From Octopus vulgaris (taxonomy: Eukaryota): a stretch of DNA of 64,000 nt. The notes beneath the pieces are model-generated. The model had not been told where the DNA came from. It searched no databases and saw only the letters and a list, made by a program, of their open reading frames with translations. The translations under genes were made by a program, and so were the position numbers. The stretch is from assembly GCA_951406725.2 (NCBI GenBank), contig OX597816.1, positions 60,822,001 to 60,886,000 of the forward strand. Reading direction: 5' to 3'. This document shows, in pieces, positions 53,028 to 64,000 of this stretch. The stretch's first letter is position 1. Each line of letters starts with the position of its first letter.

Positions 53028-53875
53028 GGCTTGTAAACGTAAATAATAAAAAATGTTTCATCTCTAAGGATGAGATTCATTGTTAAAAATAATTATTATT
53101 GTGACGAACATATTGCCTGGATGAGGGTACGTACGCATTGTGTGACTCATGATTAAAACATTGATGATGTGTCCAAGAATTACATTTGTAGGTGTATATT
53201 GAACTTGCATCTCAGACATTAAGATATTTTAAAAGTTTGATATACCCTTTACAAATAAGTACTGAGCCAAGTCTCTACTTGGAGTTGTCAGATCTCTAGC
53301 TAATTTTGTCACAATTTCTTTATCTTTATACTAGCCCTGGCATGATACAAACAGGTACAGGAACATTAGAAAGCTATGATGTTCATAACTTTTCCAAAAG
53401 GCAACTTCAAGAGCTTACTTTTTACATGCACTACACCCTAAAAGATTGAGTGGGTGTGTGCATATGTATGAACACACATGCACACATATTGACCCACCTC
53501 ACTTATAGCAATGATTCATTTAAGAGAAATGATGGTCCCTCCCCTCTTAAGAATGGTTTCATATGACAATTCCCTTTAGCAGGTTTCTAAATTAGATGAA
53601 TTTGTATGGTTTTCTTTTTTTTATATATAATATAACATAACACTACAGTTTTGTGATTTATTTATTATTCAATTTAGAAGAAGGATTTATTCTATACTTC
53701 ATTGAAAGGAAAATTCAATGTAGATAATGCTTCCTTATAATATGGCTTCAGAAAATACAAGTACATTATTTTGCAAATATTCTGAACAGATAAAGAGCAG
53801 AAGAGAACTAATTGGTGAAGACTATTTCACAAGTATTTTTGACACACTAAAAGTGATGATCTTTAATATATGTAA

Positions 53876-55270
53876 CTAGCAGAGATACCCGGCGTTGCTC
53901 GGGATTAAAATGGCATAGTTTGTTTATATATTACAGTTATGTTGAAGCATGTGATACAGAAAAGTGCAGCATTTGTGGAGTAAATAATGGGTTAATTTGA
54001 CTAAGCAACATGTCATGTGTCCATTTGGAGTATTCCAGGCCCTAACCTGTCATGGAAAATTGGGGGTGAGGTGGCATCTAATTTTTTAATGCACTGCAAA
54101 GCTGTTAGTGGATATACTCTCCTTTGTGGCAGTCAGCACTGCATCTAACATGACCCATCATCTGAAGTTTTGACATCTCCTTCAAGTTTGTTGTCCTGCA
54201 TGACTCAAAATAAATTTGGAGGAACTGTGGTTGTTCATTTTTGGGTAACAGGGAAGCAATGACTTGCCCTTGAACTTTGAACATCAGCATAAATCTATGC
54301 TTGACAATCTCCTCAGATGAACCAAACGATGTCATTTGAAACGCAGAGTTGTATTGTCTGATATTGTTTAGAAAATCCTTTGACTGGATGGAAGTGCCTT
54401 CCAGAAGATTCATAACAGGTTGAGGAGGAGCTGGTAGTGCTGGCAATCTTACCTTACCACCTGAGCAGCACATGCCATTAGTATCATTTGGAAATGTTAA
54501 AGCTTTGCAGAAACAACAATTTGAGTTTAGCACACCAATTTGGACAAAATTATCATTTTTATAAGAATGGGAAGGATCATATCTGAAAGCATCTCCAAGA
54601 GTTGTGGAGAACGAATTTGTAGTTAGTCTGTTTCTGAGAGCCATTCTATTGGACCTGTGTCTAATCATGAAAACATTGTTTTAATGATTCAGCATTAAGT
54701 GCTGCAGCATGCCTTTGCTGATCTTGGGAAAGTTTCATCTCCCTTCTCTCTTGAGACTCCATTTGATGTGCTGCAGCATGCCTTTGCTGATCTTGGGAAA
54801 GTCTCATCTCCTTTCTGTCTTAAGACTCTCGCCTTTGGTTTTCTACTATCCTCTTTGCTTTATACTTGTTTCAGGAGAGAGTATGTCTTTTCTTTGGTGG
54901 CATACACTGACATACCATTCCGCTGTCATGGCTGTAAAGTTGAAAAGTTACCAATGCATAATGTTGTTCACATTAGGATATAGATTATTCATATGATCTT
55001 AGTGTTATCGCATTTGAATTAAAAGTGAAACAATATTGTGTCACATTACAATATAGATATTATTTTTTCAATTTTGACATGTAATACCAAACCAGTGCCA
55101 ATGTTATATTATTTTAATCCAAATGAAGAAAAAAAGACATGTTGACACTCACAGGGTCTGATACTATTACCTTGTAAAATTTGATTTGATTTGGTCGAGC
55201 CATTTTAGAATGCATAGGGAACAGACAGACAGACAAAGAATTTTATATATATATATATAGATTATAGATA
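53876..55270 (-). mobile_element. Internally deleted Helitron with N-terminal RepHel fragment
   Basis: 5' A|TC start in a TA-rich tract and 3' hairpin CCCGAGCAACGCCGGG plus CTAG|T. ORF 54105-54668 has GMCCSGGKVRLP, FLNNIRQYNSAFQMTSFG and FKVQGQV. A 69-bp tandem duplication lies at about 54699-54830. Confidence 0.9.
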
Positions 55271-56399
55271 GATAAGTCTATTTATATACTGCACCTATAG
55301 CAGTTTGCAAAGTTGTAAAATAAACCCTTATCTCTCTCTTACACACTCAAACACGTTTGCACACACACACACACACCAGTGACAGAAATGGAAAAGCATT
55401 CTCCCTTAAAGAAAATCCAAGTGATGTATCGCATAAGGAATGAAATGAGACTTGGTGAAAAAATATATTTCCTGCAATGAGTTTAACAGAAACTTCAGCA
55501 ATTTAGAGGATAGGATAGATAAGGAAAGAAACTGGTGTTTTAACATGGAAGGGCATGGAAAAGTAATAAATAGAAGGTTAACTAACAAACATAGAAATTA
55601 CAGTGATGCTAGAAGTTAAAATAATTTCGGTCAATAATAGAGATAAGTATTTAGAAATGTACCTTGAAAATGAAACAATTTTGAGAAACGAGATAAAACT
55701 TAAGTTTAGAGGCTTCTAAGACTGAATAAATATGGGTAGCTAGTGAGTGACTGATAAGAGTATGAGAGAAAGGGACTACTAGCATAGAAGAAGATCCATC
55801 CCCAAAATATCTAATTATTTTGCATTTAAACCAGCCATATCCAGTCCAAATATTTTACTTGTTTTATGTTAAAACTAACCAGATCCAACTTCTCACACCT
55901 ACCCTACAATGTCATTCTAAAAATATACACACCATTGAAATCTTGAAGATACAAGACAATGAATGATTAATTCAACACAATGTGAATAAATAAGCCATAC
56001 ATTTGACAAAGAAATCTGAATGCTCAGGGGGTAAATTCTTTTGTTCACTAGATATAGATGTGCATTTTAAAGAAATGTAATGTTCTGTGGTTCTAGTTAG
56101 TTCTGCTCAGAAAGCTCCATGGTACACAGAAAGTCAAATGATAAGAGTATTTAATCGACACTTTTATTTCCAGCTACCTTGTGTTATTGTGAGATGCATA
56201 TGACTTTAAATAGTCAATCAGATGAGTCAGAGAGGAGTCATGCTCAATAACTGATGTAACAGTTTCATCTTCAGCTGCTACAAACCTGCATTGAAGAAAA
56301 GCAACAACAAAGGCATCAAATTAATGGGTGATGTTATGACAGTTGTAGAGATATAGCACAATTGATTAGAAACACAATTAACTTAGATGAGATCCAGTT

Positions 56400-58795
56400 T
56401 AGATATGTGCCAGGAAGAGGTACTACCTATGCCAACTTCCTAGAGTGACAGCTGTAGTTGACTGAATAAGCCCCAACATCTAGTGACCGTCAACTTCGAA
56501 AAGGCTTTTGACAGATGAATGGCTTGTGAGAACTGTATAAGCCATGTACAGAGGAAGAGCCAGCAAGTTGAGTGTCAGCTATGAGTTCAGCAGCAGATTT
56601 AGTATGCAGGTAGATGTCCACAAAGGCTTAGTTCTTAGCTCTTTCCTGATTATTATAGTCTCAGGGCCATATCAGAGGAGTTTTAAGACTAGCTGTCCAT
56701 GGAAACACTAGTATACCAGTGGCCTAGCTTCTATACATGTATTTGTAAAAGATTTAGAGAAGAAACTCCAGAAATGTAAATAAAACCTACAATCAAGAGG
56801 CCTCAATTATGATATAAATAAGTATGGAAGAAGACAGGTTCTCGTTACTGTCAAGAAAATAGCCAAGCATGTAAAAACATTAAAATCTCCTTACAGTGTA
56901 CCTAGAACAAACTATGGAAGCATAAGAGGTGTAATGAGATTATAAATAGTATCAAAAGGTTCCCAGACTAGTTATGTTTAATAAAAAATTATTTATAGGC
57001 GCAGGAGTGGCTGTGTGGTAAGTAGCTTGCTTACCAACCACATGGTTCCGGGTTCAGTCCCACTGCATGGCACCTTGAGCAAGTGTCTTCTACTATAGCC
57101 TCGGGCCGACCAAAGCCTTGTGAGTGGATTTGGTAGACGGAAACTGAAAGAATCCCATCGTATATATGTGTTTGTGTGTCTGTGTTTGTCCTCTCAACAT
57201 CGCTTGACAACTGTCCTCCGTAACTTAGCGATTTGGCAAAAGAGACAGATAGAATAAGTACTAGGCTTACAAAGAATAATCCTGGGGTCGATTTGCTTGA
57301 CTAAAGGCGGTGCTCCAGCATGGCCGCAGTCAATGACTGAAACAAGTAAGAGTAAAGATAGTAATTACCTAAGCTTTAACATCACCAAAATAGTCACCTT
57401 GCACAGCATTACACCACTCCCAGCATTCCTGCCACTTTTGGAATCCGGCCTGGAAATCATTTTCCATAAGTGTATCAAAGACCTTCTGCAATTTACTCTG
57501 GATCTTGACAACTGTGTTAAAATAGTGGCCTTTGAGCTGCATTTTTATGTTAGGGAACAGATGGAAATCCACAGGCGCTAAATCTGGCAAATAGGGTGGG
57601 TGTGGAAGTAATACCATGTCTTTGGTGAGAAACTCATGAGTGAGGAGAGCTCAGTGACAGAGTGCATTGTCATCATGAAGAATCCAATTCTTCACAGACA
57701 TTAGGATTGGCTGCATGGATCGATACAACAGACCAACAACATGAGCAATGTTGTTGTCCTCTGACAATCCTCAAGCACAGGGTAATGTTCTTGGCAGGTC
57801 TTCCAGATTGTTCCAGGACCGTTTTTCTGCTTTTAAAGCACCTGTGCCACTCAAAACATTGTGTATGACCCATTGCTTCATTGCTGTAAGGTTACCAAAG
57901 CATGCTCAATGCCTCTGTAGCAGACTCCCCAAGTTTAATGCAAAATTTCACACTGGTCCTTTGTTCCAACTTCCTGTCTATGACAAAAATGGCAAACTAC
58001 AGCATACACATGATCATAAAAACACAAATTTCACAACTTGTGAAATAAACACAGCGATGCCACTTGTCACACTGCCCCATGAAAGTCACTGCTAGCTTCC
58101 TCTTTGCATGCAACCATGTGCTGCAGAACTAGTTCAGTAACTTTTTGATACCACCTTGTCTATTACTGAAGGGTGACAGTGTATACAGCAGGTCTTCAAG
58201 AATGGTTGGCAGTAAGAGCACAGGTGAAATGAATTCCTTCAAATACCTAAAAGGCTTCCTAAAAGTAGTTTGCCTTTGTTACTTAGGTGAACTAATTAGT
58301 AGTGGAGCTTCTAAAAGCTTAATAACTAGAGTAATAATAGGGTGGTAAAAATGCAAGGAGCTATTATCTCTCTTGGCAACAAAGGGTTTTTCTCTTAGAG
58401 TAAAACATAGAGTGTATGATGTTTATTTATGATGTGAAATGCTGTATGGTAGCAAGAGAAAGGCTTTGAATACAGAAAGAATTTGTGAAGGTTAGAAAGA
58501 GATGTAATGAGCATAAATTGTTGGATGTGTAATGTTAGTGTGCATGAACGATGAAGCATAAACAAGTAAAAGAAAAAAGAAAAGCTGGAAATAAGAAGAA
58601 TCAGATGTAGTGTGCAAGAGAGGAAACTGTGTTGATACAGGCCTGTGGTGCCTATGAAGGATATCAGTTGTATAAAGTAGCATCAATCACTTGAGGTGAA
58701 TGGGACTTATGGAAGAGAGAAACCTAGGAAGACAAGGGACAAAGTGGTGAAAAATCAGTCTCGAGAAGCTGAACCTCACGAAAGGCATAACAAAG
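56400..58795 (+). mobile_element. Old RTE LINE relic interrupted by a mariner
   Basis: VNFEKAFDR and KLWKHKRC before 56943. CYLGELISSG..TRVIIGW, LLATKGFSLRVK and a KPRKT-like end after 58160. Confidence 0.7.
56943..58160 (-). mobile_element. Mariner element (near full length, decayed) containing SINE A at 56996-57357
   Basis: TIRs GTATCAAAAGGTTCCCAGACTAGTT / AACTAGTTCAGTAACTTTTTGATAC. ORFs include CFEWHRCFKS..SGRP and LPHPPYLPDLAPVDFHLFP. Confidence 0.85.
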
Positions 58796-61700
58796 TACCC
58801 TTCTTTACTGTTAACCATCATTCTCTTTCCTCCATATCACCTTTCATTGGCAGCCATTGCTTTCTCTAACCATCACACATCTTTTACTGCCATCCTTCAA
58901 CCTTTCATCTTCCCCCTTACATTAATCCCTCCTTGGTTACTCTTCTTAGACATAGATCACTACTCTTTGTTATATCACTCTCACTGACTTCTGCTATTGC
59001 TTCTTTTGTTGCCTTTCTCCTTCCCATCATGTAACTGCCTATCACTGTCTCTCTTCCATTACTCTCTTCTCTGCCACCTCCTCACTTTTATTGCTATATT
59101 TCCCTTCTCATACATGATTTCTATTCACCCTCTTGGTCATATTTAGCCTTGAACAAATGAGAGCAATGTAGAGTAAAGAGGACTCATTAGTCTTACAGGA
59201 GACATGGTAATCTCTCTAGTGCTGGTGCCACAATAAAATGCATCCACTACACACTGGAAAGTGTGAATGGATGGAGACAATGTGGGGTAGAAAGAACAGT
59301 TTAGTCTTGCCAAACACCTGTCTAGTGCTGGCACCATGATAAGATGCTTTCAGTAAATTTTGTAATGTGGGTGGTGTTAGAAATGATATCAAGTTATAAA
59401 AACCAAACCAAACCAGACTGGGATGCACAAGCAAAACACAGTTCTTCAATCCTTCGAAGAAAGGATGTGATTTGGACTACAAGGAGTTGTTCAACCCATG
59501 ACAGTGTTAAAAGTAGAAGTAAAATAATGATGATGGTGATGATGTATAAGTGAAAGAAAAATGCTACAAATATTTAACAAACTGTAAAAAAAATGATTTC
59601 AGATAAAAGAAATTTTCTATTTAAAGAATTTTAAATAGATGTAGAATAAATCAATTATCCGTTATCCCTCACCACATATACACACATTTGCAATGCTTAC
59701 TTAATTGAATGCTTAAAGGAGATAAAATCTAATTTTCTAAGAAAATCATTAAACAGTCAATATCCTTTCAGAGCTACTGAATTATGTTATCAACGTACAC
59801 TTATTTACAGTAAACTATGTCAGAAACAGTAAGACAGAATCCACCTGGCCATTTCTTACTATGCAATGTAAATAGTCTATAGATCAGCACTCATATTTTT
59901 GTTCATCCAACTGCACTGAGTTATCTTAGGACATTTATGGATTTTTAAGTAGTGTAATGTCAATTTTTTTAATTGACTGTTTGCCAATACAGTCCATCAC
60001 TATTTCTTTAGATTCTACCATTTTGCTTTACTGCTTGAGAGATATAGCAAGTCAAGTTGATAGGATACTAACCTAACAGCCAAGAGTCTAAGTGTTTATG
60101 GTTAGACATCATTGATGTACTGTGTGTGTGTCCCTCATCTCCCCTTAGCTAAGTCTATCATTAGAAGTGGTATTTCTGCATTCTTAGCAAAAAATAATAC
60201 TAAATCATTAATGAGGATTTTATAATCCTACAGCACTGAGTTCACACCATACCAAAAGCATGTCGTTCTGGAGAAGAATTCTCCACCACCAAAGTGAACT
60301 AACTAACTAACTACATGAAGATGAATATGTAGTGTCCCAAACAACCACATGGGTTATGAACTTATTAATCACACACACACACATACACACATCTAAACCA
60401 CTTAGCTATGAGCTTTTGTGATCACAAAGTTATGGGTTCATTTTGTGGACCAGGTGGAATGTTGTATCCTTCAGCAAACTCAGCTGAAAATGAGTACCAA
60501 CCCAGTGTTGATGCAGCCTTCTTTTCCTTCAACTGTCACATTCTGGATGTTCCGATGAGTTAAGGTGGGAGGGCCAAAAAGATGTCTATGTTTGCTTGTG
60601 ACTACATAGGCACCGAAAACAATTAACAAAAGCACAATATTTTTCATACTTGTCATCTCTGAAGAACACCTGGTATTACTTAACCATGCAGTTATCTAGT
60701 ATCCAGTTATTTAATACCCTGTGCAAAATTCTATTGGTAATATTGGCTGAAATGGATCTATAATACTTTGATTAATATATATCATCATCATCATCATCAT
60801 CATTTAACATCCCTTTTCCCTGCTGGCATGGGTTGGATGGTTTGACAGGGTTAGCTAGGCAGAAGACTGCACCAGGCTTCACTGTCTGTTTTGGCAGGGA
60901 TTTTATGGTTGGATGCCCTTCCTAACACCAACCACCTTACAGAGTGGACTGAATATCTTTTATGTGGCACCAGCACTGGTAAGGTCTGTTTTGGCATGGT
61001 TTTTACAGCTGGATGCCCTTCCAAACACCCACCACTTCACAGTGTGGAGTGGATACACCAGCACTGGTAGGGGTCACCAAGTAACTCACAAGACAAAGAT
61101 ACATATCTTCCTGGAATTCTTATAAAATAGAAAAAAATACTCGAATACAGATAATCAGTAAGTTTGAGATAGAGTCTAAGTAAGAACACCTTTCCAAAAT
61201 TATTTATATTTGCATGTGTTCTTGTTATTTTCAGGACAGTGTGTCAATAAATCTTAAACATTCTAAACAACAGTAAAAGAAAATGAATAAAATGTAACAG
61301 GTGTCAGTAAAAAATTGCATTAGATTACAGCAATGAGTTCAGAACCAGTTTCACAAGCATCTGTTTGTTATTGTACTAGTATACAGCCTGTCATTTTTGA
61401 AACAGAATAAATATCACTGAGTTCCATTGAAATATGGCTAATATATTCAAAAAGAAATGAAACTAACACAAATTGGAAGGAAAACAATTGTTTTATAAAA
61501 CAAAACCTTTCTTTTTTGAGGTCTACAAACATTAGCAATAGTGCACATAAGGCCTTGGCAATACTGGTCAATAATCTCACAGAGGTTCCTCTGTCCAGCA
61601 TAATGTGAGTGTTGCCACTGGTTAATGGATGACTTATTTGCCAAGATTGCAAATCTACTTTACTATTTCCAAAGGCTTCACTTGTAACCCTTGGCCAAAT

Positions 61701-64000
61701 ATCTATCAGGTGCTATGCATTGCCAAAAGGCAGTCCCTGTTTGATCCAGGATGGCATAGTTCTATATCTTTAGGCTGTTTCCCTATCTGCCACCTTGTAT
61801 AGATGTTGTTGTCTCTCCAAATCTATCCATGTGGTCTAGTGGTAATGATTTCTAATTGAATCAAGTCCTAGAGAGTTGTCATGAGTGACATGATTGAGTT
61901 GAGCAGATCCAAGCCAGTTCAACTAGATTATGATGATAAAATAAAATACATAAACATGAAATATATATTTAACATGTTCCACAAACACAAAATATATTTT
62001 TTCAAGCAACACAGGTAGATGTAGCTTAAAACAGCCAGTTTGTTTTGTGACATCAGACAGAGACTGCTCTTATTATAATATAGATTGTAAGGCAGTGAGC
62101 TGGCAGAAATGTTAGCATGCCGGGCGAAATGCTTAATGGTATTTCGTCTGCCATTACGTTCTGAGTTCAAATTCCGCCGAGGTCGACTTTGCCTTTCATC
62201 CTTTCAGGGTCGATAAATTAAGTACCAGTTACACACTGGTGTCAATATAATCGACTTAATCCGTTTGTCTGTCCTTGTTTGTGGGTAGTAAAGAAATAGG
62301 TATTTCCTCTGTCATTATGTTTTCAGTTCTAACTCTGCCAAGGTTGACTTTGCCTTTCATCCTTTTGGGGTTGATAAATTAAGTACCAGTTGCATACTGA
62401 GGTTGATCTAATCGACTGGCTCCCACCCCAAAATTTTCGGGCTTTATGCTTAGAGTAGAAAAGAATATAGGTTGTTCAGCCATAGGCCAGCTCTGATTAA
62501 GCAAACCTACAATCAAAGCATACCATCTTATTTTCAGACACAAATCTATCTAGACTACATCATCCCCTGTGTCCTTCCATTTTTTAAAGATAGTAAGATG
62601 TGATTCGAGTGAAATTTAGCTGTTACTTTTAAAAGATCATGTAACTAAATTGAGACTACTTTTTGCTTCACTTTTTGCCTCTGTATCTCTTCTCTGTCAA
62701 GATTCCAATGCTATTAATATATCTCCAAGTTATCTCACCATTATCACAATCACCCTTAACTCTGTCAAATTTTCTACACTCAACCCATTCTATTTAAAAC
62801 AACACACAAACATCTTTGTTACTTCCAGTCATCTTTTGCTGATATGAACTCTTTGTTGCTATCATTGTCAACAGCACAATTACATTCTAAATGTGATGGG
62901 ATTGCCTGTAAAAAGGGAAGTATTGCCTAATGTAGTCAGATAAAAAAAAGGCATGATGTCCATGGCAGGAACACCTTTGATTATAAGCCTGCTCAATAAG
63001 ATCTGCCTTAAGTCAAAGCAACAACAATACCCACTATCCTTGACAAACAAGTTTATAATATAATGTTCTTAATCTGATGAATAGTTTATTGAATGATTCC
63101 TAACTGAATTATTACTATTAGAAGAAAAACTGCCTTGCAAGTCATTATGATAATTATGATAGACTCTTAGATGAAATATGATGTATAAGTGTCCAGTTGT
63201 TTCATCAACTGGACAACCTGCTCATTGAATTAGTATGTGAAGTGGCTGAATACACAAAGAGATGTGTGTTTTTCATGTAATTCTCACGTAAAATCAGCAT
63301 GTCACAAATGCAACAAAGCTGGTCTTTGAATTAGAGATTCACTCCATTTGAAAAGCCTCTATACAGTTCCCATTTATTTAGATTCATTCACATGGCTTGA
63401 GTCGATCTAAAGCTGTATGTATAGTAATTATCATCTTGTCAAGGGTCACCTTAGCAGCATTTTGGGATCCCAGGCAAAGCAATGCACTGAGATCTCTATA
63501 TACATAAATTAGCATTTGGTCCCTTAGTTTGTGAGGCCCTCCCTGGGCAACTGACCAATGTGTCCATGCTAAAAGATATCACTGCATCTTGATTATATAT
63601 ATAGGACTACACGTTTCAATATATGTTTGCTTAATTCAAAATGGTAGGGTGTGATTTGACTGCAGTTTCCAACAGACTTAGCAACAACTGAATTGTTGTG
63701 TGTGAGTACTGAACTCTTTCATATCTGATGGTAAAAGTATTTGGTGTTAAGAAGAGTGTTTACAAAAACTTCATTATGACTATTCAATTATTTATGTAAA
63801 CATTTAGATTTCAGACAAATCTGAAACTTGTAAAATAAAAGAGTAAAATTGTATAAATATACGAAAATGGGTTTCATTTGGTATAAAATACAAAATATTT
63901 TCATTTTAATAACAATAAATATATATTACTACAAATTTTGAAGCCATTCAAAATAGCTTAGTTAAAAGAGTTTTTAGATTAAAGATCTAATGCTCCCTGG

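Noticed and set aside
56090-56116. TGCTCAGAAAGC similar to the 3' part of miR-315
   Set aside because: The seed does not match and there is no hairpin.
61368-61900. Minus-strand ORFs as candidate upstream MsrB exons
   Set aside because: No CxxC or GWPSF motif. LMFVDLKK points to a decayed LINE RT instead.

Overview
Eukaryotic, AT-rich, repeat-dense genomic DNA. The SINE/LINE families and (TA)n tracts are typical of an octopus (cephalopod) genome; this assignment is an inference. Two host genes can be supported, both on the minus strand. The first is a complete five-exon MAD2 (MAD2L1) spindle-checkpoint gene (CDS 25515 to 12486, 612 nt, 203 aa, reconstructed by hand with GT-AG junctions). The second is the last coding exon of a Cys-type methionine-R-sulfoxide reductase (MsrB, 50288 to 50140); no upstream exon was found in the window. 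Most of the rest is mobile DNA: a 790-bp foldback element with an 8-bp TSD, an RTE LINE with a twin-priming-type 5' inversion, a Merlin transposase relic, a full-length Chapaev3-like element, two Helitrons, several Tc1/mariner relics, Penelope-like relics, CR1/L2-like 3' ends, many tRNA-derived SINEs and a tRNA-Asp pseudogene. I found no clearly new multi-gene system. The best leads are a young SINE 60 bp upstream of the MAD2 ATG, several hammerhead-ribozyme-like motifs (some in palindromes), a recurring AGTTAYYTCCCTT motif, and a CpG pattern hinting at an unannotated transcription unit at about 35-50 kb. All calls are by eye; no database searches were run.
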